26,887 nt of DNA, from positions 1 through 26,887 of the IMG/VR virus record IMGVR_UViG_3300027754_000363. One strand, written 5' to 3'. This stretch comes from a virus. Taxonomy: Duplodnaviria > Caudoviricetes. Each line of letters begins with the position of its first letter. The first letter of the stretch is position 1. The notes beneath the pieces were generated by a model. The model ran no database searches, was not told where the DNA came from, and saw only the letters and a list, made by a program, of their open reading frames with translations. A program made the position numbers and the translations under genes. Shown piece by piece: positions 9,821-18,693 of the stretch.

Positions 9821-10246
9821 ATGCCTACTCCAGTTTCTCCAGTTGGTACAACTCTGACCGCTTCGGGCGGCAATGTCGATACAATCCGCGGGGTAATTAC
9901 TAGCGCGGGCATGGATTCGATACAAGCCGCGACCATCGATACCACGGGGCTAGGTGATACAAGTAAGAACTATGTTTTGGGAACGCGTGAGTCGGGTACT
10001 GTTACCTTGGCGATAAATGTAATTTCCCAAACCATTACCGCTGAATATATGGCAATGCCCAAGAGTGGACAAACAACCACAAACGCGACTACCTTTGTTT
10101 TGTCTATGGGCACGGTTACGGGTTCGCCAAAATTTACTTTCAACGCGTACATTGTGAAGGTATCTATTGGCGCGGAAGTTGACAAACAAGTTACCGCAAC
10201 TTATACCCTACGCATCACGGGCGCAATCACTATTGCTACGGTCTAA
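9821..10246 (+). CDS. Tail tube protein (paralog 3)
   Basis: IDTTGLGDTSKNYVLGTRESGTV, FTFNAYI, AEVDKQVT, ITGAIT; clearly similar to 9389-9802. Confidence 0.82.
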   Translation: MPTPVSPVGTTLTASGGNVDTIRGVITSAGMDSIQAATIDTTGLGDTSKNYVLGTRESGTVTLAINVISQTITAEYMAMPKSGQTTTNATTFVLSMGTVTGSPKFTFNAYIVKVSIGAEVDKQVTATYTLRITGAITIATV

Positions 10247-10276
10247 CCTAACCCGCCCGCGGTAAGGAAATAAAAA

Positions 10277-10633
10277 ATGTCTACGCGTGATAAATTACTG
10301 GCGCTAAAAAATAATTTGAAGATTGAAGCCGTGACGGTTGAGGGTTTAACCGTTTTTGTCCGTACTCTTACGGGGCGGGAACGGGACGCGTTTGAAAATT
10401 CTTGTTTTAGCGGCAAGGGCAAGAACCGCGAAATGAATACGGACAATATCCGCGCTAAACTTTTGGTACGCAGTATTTGTAACGGGGCTACCGATGCTTC
10501 GCGCGTATTTGCCGATGATGAAACGGACGCGCTTGGCGAATTGCCCGCGTCCGCGCTAGATGCATTGTTTACAGTTGCGCAAAAGTTGAGCGGTTTAGGC
10601 GCTACAGAAATGGACGAGTTAGCAAATTCCTAA
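10277..10633 (+). CDS. Tail assembly chaperone G
   Basis: VFVRTLTGRERDAFE, RAKLLVRSI, RVFADDE..ALG, LF.VAQKLSG; between tube and tape measure genes. Confidence 0.88.
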   Translation: MSTRDKLLALKNNLKIEAVTVEGLTVFVRTLTGRERDAFENSCFSGKGKNREMNTDNIRAKLLVRSICNGATDASRVFADDETDALGELPASALDALFTVAQKLSGLGATEMDELANS

Positions 10634-10965
10634 TTTCGGGCAACGGTAGAAGGTTTGTTTTTCGGCTTGCCGTTGCCCTTGGTAAAACAGTTGGTGAATT
10701 ACTGGATGGAATGGATTCGGTTGAGTATTCGGAATGGCTAGCATTTGATGCAATCGAACCGATAGGTTCTAGGCGTGACGATTACAACGCGGCGATGCAA
10801 TGCGCGTTACACGCGAACATGAATCGCAAGGTAGGCGCGAAAGCCTACGAGCCGTTGGATTTTATGCCGTTTATGCCGCAAGAAACAGAAGATGAAAAGC
10901 AAGCAAGGTTGCAAAAAGAATTTGAAGCATGGGCAAGAACTTACAACGCTAACTTAAAGAAATAA
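10630..10965 (+). CDS. Tail assembly chaperone GT, C-terminal part (-1 frame)
   Basis: The -1 frame upstream of ATG 10711 reads LISGNGRRFVFRLAVALGKTVGELLDGMDSVEYSEWLAF, the typical T-domain start, so it is probably reached by frameshift. Confidence 0.8.
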   Translation, partial: LISGNGRRFVFRLAVALGKTVGELLDGMDSVEYSEWLAFDAIEPIGSRRDDYNAAMQCALHANMNRKVGAKAYEPLDFMPFMPQETEDEKQARLQKEFEAWARTYNANLKK

Positions 10966-10968
10966 CAA

Positions 10969-13791
10969 ATGGCAACTATCGGTAATCTTTTTGTAAATGT
11001 TGGCGCTTCAACGGCGGGACTACAAAAGGGTTTAGCCGATGCCAAAAAAAGCGTTGGCAATTTCAATAATGAAATTAAAGGAAGCCTAAGTAAAACTACT
11101 TTTGGCGCGGGCATGGTTACGGGGCTAACGGCAATAGGTTCTTTATTTAAAAAAATCGGCGGTGATTCCGAGGGTATGAAGAAGGCGCTAGATGGCATAG
11201 CCAAAATGGAAAGCAAGTTAGCCGATGAAGGAAAAAAAGCCGCCAGCGCCGCGGCGTTGCTAGCCGATTCCAAAAAATTTAATAAGTTTCAAGATTCATT
11301 AAAGGATTCACAAAAGGGTATAGATGCAATTGGCGCAAAGGCGGCGGTAGCGCGCGCCAAGGTTGCGGCTATGGCAAGCGAAAATGTAAATACAAGATTT
11401 AAATCATCCCCTAAAGCAATTGAATCCGCGCAAAAGAAATTAGGCGGGCTTGAAGCAAGCAAGAACAAAATGCAAGCGGCGCAAGATGCGCGCGCGGCTA
11501 GCGCCCCAAGATTTGCAAGCGGGCTAGCCGACCGCGGCGCTACATTTACCAAGGGCGGCGCTATTAAACTTTCACCAATTGATGCAAGCGCCAAAAAATC
11601 TAGCGATGCGGTGGCGGCGCTTAAAGGCAAAATTGGCGATGCAACAAAGGGGCTTGAAAAATTTAATCCGATGAGCGTATTGAGCGCGGGCGGCATGATG
11701 GGTATAGCGGGCGCGGCGCTTGCCGCCGTGGCGGGCGCTACGGCTTTAACTATTGGCATGATGAGAAGCGCGGACGCGTTAGCCGATCAAGCAAGCGCGC
11801 TTGGAATGAGTGCTACGGCACTCCAGCACCAAAGAGATTTGATGGGCATACTTGGCGTGAACGCTGAAGCCGCTGAAGGCGCAATGGTAAAAATGGGTTC
11901 TTCAATCCAAAACGCTATTGATTCGGGCGATACCGCGAACTTTGATAAATTGGGATTGAGCGCGGCGGCGCTTGCGGAAGTTCCGCCCAATGAAGCGTTT
12001 AATATGATGCTGGAAAAGATACGCGGGCTAGGAACGCAAAGTGAAAAGATCGACGCGCTACGCGATAATTTTGGCAAGGGCGGCGGAAGTCTACTTGCCG
12101 CGGTAAACGCAACAAGTGAAGCACTAGCCGAAGCAAGCGGGTTTGCAACCAAACTAGAATTACCCGAAGGAATGGTTCAAAAGTTAGCCGCGTCGAATGA
12201 TAAATTTGATGCCATGATGCGAAGCGTAGAAAATCTAGGTATGATTTTCGCCGCCGAATTTGCGCCGTTCATAGATGATGTTTCAAAAGCCATTTTTGAT
12301 ATGTCAACTACCGACAATTCGGAACTACTAGGTTCTTTAACCGCCGTTGCGGATGTATGCAAAGTAATAGCCGAAATATTCTATGTAATTGGTAGGGCTA
12401 TTCAAGTTGTATTTAATTTGCTTCAAGCGATTGTTGGCGGCGCGCTTGCATTGCTTGTAACTGGATTTGCTAACTTGATGGATTCGGCTAATTGGTTGGT
12501 TTGGGCATTTAATAAACTAACGGGGCTTGGCGGTGATTTAAGTAAGGGGCTAGATGATGCAACCAAAAGCGCGCGCGCGCTAGCCGCTGAACTAGCCAAG
12601 GGCGCTATAAAAGATGTAGGTGAAGCCGTGGTAGCCACGGGCATAGTAGATGCCGAAAAGAAAGTAAAAAAAGCGCCAGTACCTACAACGCCGCCCGCGG
12701 TTGCAACGCCGCCCGCGCCAAAGGTAGATAAGGGCAAAACTAAAATACTTGAAAGCGTAGATAAAGAAATGGCGAATATGCGCGAGAAGTTAGCAAACAT
12801 TGGCGCTTCTGAATTTGAGCAACAAATAAACCGCATAAATAAAATAGCGAAGGGCGTAGATGTATCCGCCGCTATTGCCGAAATCAAAAAGATAAATACC
12901 GAAATGGAACAAAAGCAAGCGGTAGCCGATTCAAACAAGGCGCTAAAAGAATCAAGCGCCGAACTGGAGAAGATGAAGTTGGGCGCGGTTGGATACGCTA
13001 CGGCGATGGCGGTAGCGGCTGGATTTGATGAACGCGCGGTAGCCACACTTACAGAAAACGCCAAACAAATGGAAAAGATTAGCGCCGAATCAAAAGGTAT
13101 AGGTGACTGGACAGATTTTACCGCTGGATTGAATGAAGAACTAGCCAAAACAACTACTAGCCGTGAAGATCAATTACGCGCTATGGCTAAGGCGGCGGGT
13201 AAACTTGGGACGGATTTAGATAACGCCGTAGCCAATGCTTTAAAAATGGAAAATTCAATAGCCGCACAAAATAAACTAAAGGCGCAACAAGAAGATTCTA
13301 TTAAAACCATTGAATCAATGACTACGGAACTAGAGAAAAAAACGCTAGGTGATAAAGCATTTGCCCGTAAGGAATTTGCCAAAGGCGTTACCGACCCAAA
13401 GCAATTAGAAGAATTTGACCGACTACAAAAGGCGCTTGACGCGCTGAACCCCGAAAAGGAAAAAACCGCCAAGGCGGAAAAAGATAAAACTGATACGGCT
13501 CAAGCGGTAGATTCAGTAGACTCAATTGGTACGGCGTTTGGTGAATTTAAATTTATGGGCGGCGTGAATGAAAAAATTCTTGCGGAAAATGAGCGCCAAA
13601 CGCGGGCGCTTGAAACAATGGCGGCGGCTACCGTTCCCGCTACCGCGGGCGGTGATAGCGGTACGGGTTTAGATGCAATGAAAGCCGCCGCGGTGAATGA
13701 GGGCGGCGAAAATAAATTTGATCCACAACTGGAAACGCAAATTAAATTGTTGCAAAAAATAGCCAGCAACACGGAAGGAATCTTAGCGTAA
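10969..13791 (+). CDS. Tape measure protein
   Basis: 940 aa, Ala/Lys-rich helical, MATIGNLFVNVGA start, hydrophobic central segments, follows the chaperones. Confidence 0.92.
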   Translation: MATIGNLFVNVGASTAGLQKGLADAKKSVGNFNNEIKGSLSKTTFGAGMVTGLTAIGSLFKKIGGDSEGMKKALDGIAKMESKLADEGKKAASAAALLADSKKFNKFQDSLKDSQKGIDAIGAKAAVARAKVAAMASENVNTRFKSSPKAIESAQKKLGGLEASKNKMQAAQDARAASAPRFASGLADRGATFTKGGAIKLSPIDASAKKSSDAVAALKGKIGDATKGLEKFNPMSVLSAGGMMGIAGAALAAVAGATALTIGMMRSADALADQASALGMSATALQHQRDLMGILGVNAEAAEGAMVKMGSSIQNAIDSGDTANFDKLGLSAAALAEVPPNEAFNMMLEKIRGLGTQSEKIDALRDNFGKGGGSLLAAVNATSEALAEASGFATKLELPEGMVQKLAASNDKFDAMMRSVENLGMIFAAEFAPFIDDVSKAIFDMSTTDNSELLGSLTAVADVCKVIAEIFYVIGRAIQVVFNLLQAIVGGALALLVTGFANLMDSANWLVWAFNKLTGLGGDLSKGLDDATKSARALAAELAKGAIKDVGEAVVATGIVDAEKKVKKAPVPTTPPAVATPPAPKVDKGKTKILESVDKEMANMREKLANIGASEFEQQINRINKIAKGVDVSAAIAEIKKINTEMEQKQAVADSNKALKESSAELEKMKLGAVGYATAMAVAAGFDERAVATLTENAKQMEKISAESKGIGDWTDFTAGLNEELAKTTTSREDQLRAMAKAAGKLGTDLDNAVANALKMENSIAAQNKLKAQQEDSIKTIESMTTELEKKTLGDKAFARKEFAKGVTDPKQLEEFDRLQKALDALNPEKEKTAKAEKDKTDTAQAVDSVDSIGTAFGEFKFMGGVNEKILAENERQTRALETMAAATVPATAGGDSGTGLDAMKAAAVNEGGENKFDPQLETQIKLLQKIASNTEGILA

Positions 13792-14546
13792 TGCCTACGG
13801 CAACCAAAACGGCGGAAACTTGGACGGTAACGGGATCAAGCGTAGATAGTAGAAAACTAGCGGTACAACGAACCTATTTGGTATTTGATGCCGCGGGCGG
13901 TGTAAGCCCGTTCAATAGTTTAACTACGGGCGGTGAAACCGTGGGATCAAGTACATTATCTACGCAAGGCGCAACGGCGGTTTGTACAAGTATTTCCAGT
14001 TCAAGCATTGAAAGCGCGGGCGGTACGGCTTGCCAAGTAGTAGTAAATTATACAAGCGTTGAACTGGATGAAGATTTTAACGCTTTCAGTAGTGAAATTG
14101 GCGGAACATATGTAGATTGTTGGCGAACGCAAGATTCATTTGGTACGGGTGATCCCGATGCAAACGATATTGGCGGAAGTAAAATAGATTCCGCGGGCGT
14201 TCCAGTTTCTAAATTATGTATTCAAGGAACTTTTTCTACTACAAGAAGATATACCGTACCGCCTTGGAGTTCGTTATGGTCATCGGTTGGAAAAAGAAAT
14301 AGTGACGCGTATAATGGCGCAAGCATTGGTTCTCTCTTGATGCGCGGTATAAGTGTGCAATATGTTTCAATTGGTTTATATGAAGTGCAATACAAATATG
14401 AATATGACGGATTTTTTCATATGCGGCAAGTAGCAACGCGCGAAGAAGGTGATTCAAGAATTTGGTTATTAAACAACGCCGCTAAAGAAGTAAAAAATAT
14501 TCAACCGTTTCCCAACAAAGTACAATTTTCTTCCGTAATAGCGTAA
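13791..14546 (+). CDS. Putative distal tail / tail-tip protein
   Basis: Coupled to the TMP stop (TAATG); Ser/Thr-rich 251 aa; function inferred from position only. Confidence 0.6.
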   Translation: MPTATKTAETWTVTGSSVDSRKLAVQRTYLVFDAAGGVSPFNSLTTGGETVGSSTLSTQGATAVCTSISSSSIESAGGTACQVVVNYTSVELDEDFNAFSSEIGGTYVDCWRTQDSFGTGDPDANDIGGSKIDSAGVPVSKLCIQGTFSTTRRYTVPPWSSLWSSVGKRNSDAYNGASIGSLLMRGISVQYVSIGLYEVQYKYEYDGFFHMRQVATREEGDSRIWLLNNAAKEVKNIQPFPNKVQFSSVIA

Positions 14547-14548
14547 CC

Positions 14549-15109
14549 ATGAACCCCGTAATTTCAAAAGGAATTGGCGCTCTTACCCCCGCCGTATGGA
14601 AACGCATTATTGAAGCGGTTCAATATATAGAAACTACGCAAGGAAAAAATACAAGCAATGACGCGCGCGTTACTAATCGCGATATTGAACCGAATTTTTT
14701 TATAGCAATAATTTCAGAATCGGCGGCGCTACAAACTAGCGGCGGATTCATTACGCGTTACAAATATGGATGGGCTAGGCGGCAACTTGGCGCTACAAAC
14801 ACGGTAGCCCCAACAAGCGCGGGCAATTTTGGCGCGCTTGGCGGTTCAAACGCGGCGGGCGAACCCGTTACCTTTGCAATCAATATAAACGAACTAGGTA
14901 ATACCGCGGCGCTTCAATGCGGGTATGAAATAAATACAACTACAAACGATATTAAAGATGCGGTAGGGTTTCAAGTTAAGCCAATCGCAAACGGTCAAGC
15001 GGTGTTAATGCAAACCATCCGAACAACGGGAACAAGCGCGGACGGCGGGCGTTTGCAATATATATTTAGTTGTGTAAATCCAGTTGTGGGAGTATGTCCC
15101 GAAGCATAA
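14549..15109 (+). CDS. Putative minor tail protein
   Basis: Contiguous in the operon; no family recognised. Confidence 0.55.
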   Translation: MNPVISKGIGALTPAVWKRIIEAVQYIETTQGKNTSNDARVTNRDIEPNFFIAIISESAALQTSGGFITRYKYGWARRQLGATNTVAPTSAGNFGALGGSNAAGEPVTFAININELGNTAALQCGYEINTTTNDIKDAVGFQVKPIANGQAVLMQTIRTTGTSADGGRLQYIFSCVNPVVGVCPEA

Positions 15110-15130
15110 TAAAGTGACTGGCTAAAAAAA

Positions 15131-17101
15131 ATGCCGCCGAATAATAGAAAATGTTGTTGCGGTGTAACTCCACCCCCTACGGACGGCGGCGAATGTTGCT
15201 ACGGTTGCGGTAGGGCGTATGCAACTAACTATGGTTTGATAGCAAACGCCGCAATGTGTACCGCTACGGGCGGGCAATATATTACGCCCGCGCAACTTGC
15301 TACATTTACCGCGGCTAATCCTACAAAATTACCTTGTTGCGAACTAAGCGCGCCGTGGATACCTTCGCCGCCGCTTTGTAAACATTGTCAAGATAAATCA
15401 TTTGCCGAAATGTCGGCGGCGGGTTGTGGTTTGCATGATTTATATAACCCATATGGGGGATCGGGGAGAAAGAGTAGATGGAAAAAATCCGAAACTGATC
15501 AATCGTCTTTTTATGTAGTGGAAAATATTAAAGAATACGGACGAATATATGGAATAGTTTACGGAACTGCACATTATTTTTGCGGTAGCGTAGAGCATCC
15601 ATGCCCTACTTGCTATCACTACGAAAGTACAACAAACTATGAAGCCACTTTACTAGGAACATATGCGGGAATTGCATATATACCGTTTTTAGGTTGTACA
15701 AGCCATTTTGTAGGCGCGCAATACGCGGCATGGACGCTAGGCGCGGCGCAAGCATATATTACTTCCCAAGTTGAAACAAATGAACATAGTATAAGTTCGG
15801 GCGAATACGGATATAGAATTGATATACATACAAGGAAATATTCCGTGGCTGGTACTGGATCAACAAACGCTAGTTGCGGAAATTTAACGGTTCAACCCTA
15901 TACATATAAATACAAAAACCACCAAAAGAAAGTAAATGTTTGCGCGGGAAATTGGGGGTTTACCCCGCCGTATGATGAAACTATAAACCAACAAAAAACC
16001 GCCAGCGAAACTATTGTTTTAGTTGGTTCGGACAATGCTTTAAAACCAAATACGCAAGTACCAAAATATTCGCAATGTTGGAATGATTGTTGTGATTGTG
16101 GATTCGGGCTAGGTGAATACGGCGTAAAGTGTACTGAACCGTGGGGGTGTTGCGTTTATAGTAGTGGATTAGGTGGCGGCGAATCTTGCAGTATAACGCG
16201 GCGCAATACTTGCAATGTGGGGCGCGGATGGTATGGGGAATATACGCGGTGGACGGCGCTAGGGAATGGTGATTACGGCGATTATACTTGCGATGGTTGT
16301 ACAAGTGTTTATGTAGGGCTTTGCGTTTATACTGGAAAAACACAAACCCCAAATACTCCAGTTAAAACTTGTTACGCTTCAATAACACGGGCGGCGGCAT
16401 CGGCTATTGTAGATCAACAACCCCCCGACCCCGATGTTTATCAATACATAATTACCCCCGAAAATAGTTGTGGCGATTGCCCGCTTGATCCCGATACCGT
16501 GACAATGGAAAAGTGGTGTATTAAAGATACCGCGGGTAATGTTTTAGAATGCTCAAGCGTAGCCACTACCGTAGAAGTGTTTGAAGATCGGTATGTATAT
16601 TGGGCGGAACTATTGCGGCAAAATGCTATTACCGCAAACATTAACCCGCAATGCATATTTACAGAAGTAACTTTTGGAAATCAAGCCGATAATTGTGCAT
16701 CTTGCGTAAATACAAATAATCAAGTGCCCGTTAAAAAATGTTGTATTCAAGATTTAGCGGGTACAAATTACTATTGCGCAAATGCAACTTATTGCGAATG
16801 CCGCGCTCAACAAACCATAGCCGATGCGCAAATAAAAGCATTAAATCAATGGGACGCGGCAACTATCAAATGGGAAACGCCGCTTAATTGCGCAACCGAA
16901 TGCATAAAATACACGGGCGCTTGTTGCTTAGTTCTTAGCGATGGTTCATTGTATGAATGTACGGACGGTAAAGATCAAGCCCAATGCCAAGCCCGCGCCG
17001 AAGCGGTTAATGTTTTGCTAGACTTGCCGTACCCCGATGGTGATTATGTAACTTGGCAATGGTTGAAGGGGTTTACTTGCGCGGATAATCTTTGTATTTA
17101 A
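15131..17101 (+). CDS. Cys-rich repeat protein, putative tail fibre / receptor-binding protein
   Basis: About 50 Cys in 656 aa (hand count); RKCCCG start; repeated G/K-x-CC...C-x-x-C units; last large gene of the tail module. Confidence 0.6.
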   Translation: MPPNNRKCCCGVTPPPTDGGECCYGCGRAYATNYGLIANAAMCTATGGQYITPAQLATFTAANPTKLPCCELSAPWIPSPPLCKHCQDKSFAEMSAAGCGLHDLYNPYGGSGRKSRWKKSETDQSSFYVVENIKEYGRIYGIVYGTAHYFCGSVEHPCPTCYHYESTTNYEATLLGTYAGIAYIPFLGCTSHFVGAQYAAWTLGAAQAYITSQVETNEHSISSGEYGYRIDIHTRKYSVAGTGSTNASCGNLTVQPYTYKYKNHQKKVNVCAGNWGFTPPYDETINQQKTASETIVLVGSDNALKPNTQVPKYSQCWNDCCDCGFGLGEYGVKCTEPWGCCVYSSGLGGGESCSITRRNTCNVGRGWYGEYTRWTALGNGDYGDYTCDGCTSVYVGLCVYTGKTQTPNTPVKTCYASITRAAASAIVDQQPPDPDVYQYIITPENSCGDCPLDPDTVTMEKWCIKDTAGNVLECSSVATTVEVFEDRYVYWAELLRQNAITANINPQCIFTEVTFGNQADNCASCVNTNNQVPVKKCCIQDLAGTNYYCANATYCECRAQQTIADAQIKALNQWDAATIKWETPLNCATECIKYTGACCLVLSDGSLYECTDGKDQAQCQARAEAVNVLLDLPYPDGDYVTWQWLKGFTCADNLCI

Positions 17102-17129
17102 AAAATAGCCAGTACAAGAGAATGCTTAA

Positions 17130-17666
17130 ATGAATGAAGAACAAACGCAAAAGCGTATTGAACAAATTGAAAACATGATTCACGATTTAAACCATGAACG
17201 GTTTAGCCTATTGACGGGCTACAATTTGCCGCCCGTTGAGCGGGCGCGAATGCAACCGCCGCCCTCATTTTCTAACGGCGGTAAAGTTCATCCCCCGCAA
17301 GACAAAACCAAACTTGCGCAAGCGGTGCAATATGCCCGCGCCGAATTTGCAAACGCGGTAGGCGGCGCGGCGGATGAACAAACGCAAGCCGAGCGGCTCA
17401 AAGTATGTAGCGGGTGTGAATTTAGGGCGGTTGAATACAACGGTAAAAAAGATGAACAAGGAATTGGTTGGTGTTCCCGTTGCGGATGTGGCAATAACGA
17501 TAGGGCAAAATTGGTAGAGAAGGTAAAACTTTCAAAAGCAACTTGCCCGCTAGAAGTGCCTAGGTGGGGCGCGTCCGAAGGCGTAGGGGGTAGCGTTTCT
17601 AGCGTGGTCGATACGGTTAAAGGCGTAGCAAATACGATAGCAAGCGTGATAAAAAAAGATAGTTAA
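17130..17666 (+). CDS. Cys-cluster protein, DUF6171-like
   Basis: RLKVCSGC...CSRCGC...K.....ATCPL...W pattern. Confidence 0.6.
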   Translation: MNEEQTQKRIEQIENMIHDLNHERFSLLTGYNLPPVERARMQPPPSFSNGGKVHPPQDKTKLAQAVQYARAEFANAVGGAADEQTQAERLKVCSGCEFRAVEYNGKKDEQGIGWCSRCGCGNNDRAKLVEKVKLSKATCPLEVPRWGASEGVGGSVSSVVDTVKGVANTIASVIKKDS

Positions 17667-17720
17667 ATGTAATTGCGCGCCGCGCTTGGCGCTGGCTATT
17701 TTTTTTAATATCATCTTTTA

Positions 17721-17978
17721 ATGAGTGAATCTAGTTTAACCATGTCCCGTACCGTAGCCGCATGGCTACAAGTTGCCGCCCTTCTTATTGGTATCGGCGC
17801 GGTCATTATGGCGGTAGGTAGGCGCGATCAATTACTAGAAAACCATGACCAACAAATTACGGAACTGAAAAGCGTAGCGTCCGATTTGGTGCGCGCGCAA
17901 CTTACTAGCGCGGGCAATTTTCAATTGACTACGCAACGGATTACGGAACTGGAACGGCGCATGAACCTACTCAAATAA
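17721..17978 (+). CDS. Membrane protein (one N-terminal TM + coiled coil), holin/spanin-region candidate
   Basis: AAWLQVAALLIGIGAVIMAVG followed by a heptad-rich tail. Confidence 0.6.
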   Translation: MSESSLTMSRTVAAWLQVAALLIGIGAVIMAVGRRDQLLENHDQQITELKSVASDLVRAQLTSAGNFQLTTQRITELERRMNLLK

Positions 17979-17989
17979 GGAAATTACAA

Positions 17990-18121
17990 ATGATGCAATT
18001 AGCAACTATTGAAAGTCTACTTGGTTCGGTATGGGCGGCGCTTGCTTGTTTTTTTGTTGGCTATCTTATTGCCCATGTTATTCCCGTTCACCGCGTGGCT
18101 AGTTGGTTCGCCCGCAAGTGA
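17990..18121 (+). CDS. 43-aa membrane peptide (not in the ORF track), holin-like candidate
   Basis: TAAGGA RBS; MMQLATIESLLGSVWAALACFFVGYLIAHVIPVHRVASWFARK; its TGA overlaps the next GTG. Confidence 0.72.
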   Translation: MMQLATIESLLGSVWAALACFFVGYLIAHVIPVHRVASWFARK

Positions 18122-18693
18122 ACCCCTACCCGTACGCGCCCGCGTTGCGGCTATGGCGCGCGTTGCCGCAATGCGTTTTATTTTTTGCGGTTGGATGTTC
18201 CGCGGCTCAAGAAATAGCGACTAGCACAAATTCAGTCTATCGCCACGCGCAAACAATCCGCGAAGAAGCCGCCGCGCTGGAATCCGAAGGCGAAACAAAA
18301 CACGCGCCTAAGATTATGGAAGCCGCCGCCAAAATTCAAAATGAATGTACGGATATTCAAAATAGCATTCCTAAAATAAAAGATATTGTGCCCGCTTGGT
18401 TGGCAACGCTTCAACTTGGTCTACTTGTTTTGGGTGGGTTAGTAGTGTGCTACTTGCTATTTAGTACGGGGCTAGGTAGCGCGCTCAAAGTTTTGTTCGG
18501 CTACTTGCCGTCCAAGAAAAAAATACAAGAAGTAGATTTGTTGAAATCGGTATTGAGTACCGATAGCCCCGAATCAATCCGCGAGTATGTCGCTAGCCGC
18601 CGCGCGTCCGATGCGGCATTCAATGCGGCTTGGGAAACGGAAAAAAAAACCGCCAGTACGCCCGCGGATACAAAACCCCCCGCCACGGTCTAA
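18118..18693 (+). CDS. Lipoprotein with an internal TM helix, u-spanin-like
   Basis: GTG start coupled to the upstream stop; lipobox VLFFAVG-C, helical segment, TM LQLGLLVLGGLVVCYLLF. Confidence 0.55.
   Translation: MNPYPYAPALRLWRALPQCVLFFAVGCSAAQEIATSTNSVYRHAQTIREEAAALESEGETKHAPKIMEAAAKIQNECTDIQNSIPKIKDIVPAWLATLQLGLLVLGGLVVCYLLFSTGLGSALKVLFGYLPSKKKIQEVDLLKSVLSTDSPESIREYVASRRASDAAFNAAWETEKKTASTPADTKPPATV

Noticed and set aside
12685-12717. Tandem CAACGCCGCCCGCG repeat in the tape measure gene
   Set aside because: A two-copy Pro/Ala linker (TTPPAVATPPAP); ordinary low complexity.
10941-13772. Long minus-strand ORFs opposite the tape measure gene (and similar ones elsewhere)
   Set aside because: Antisense shadows of biased + strand coding sequence; Ser/Ala/Phe-rich with no motifs.
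15131-17101. Diversity-generating retroelement target
   Set aside because: No reverse transcriptase and no TR/VR pair differing at adenines was seen.
17677-17706. Terminator after 17130-17666
   Set aside because: The 6-bp stem is separated from the T-run by 6 nt, and the T-run is equally explained by the dispersed GCCAG motif; too weak to call.
18012-18023. AAAGTCTACTTG match to the module A promoter inside a gene
   Set aside because: It lacks the rest of the -35 box, the spacer and the -10 box; probably chance.
18009-18224. 71-aa hydrophobic ORF from the track
   Set aside because: It overlaps the better-supported 17990-18121 (RBS, coupled stop/start) and 18118-18693 genes, and has a TTG start with no RBS.
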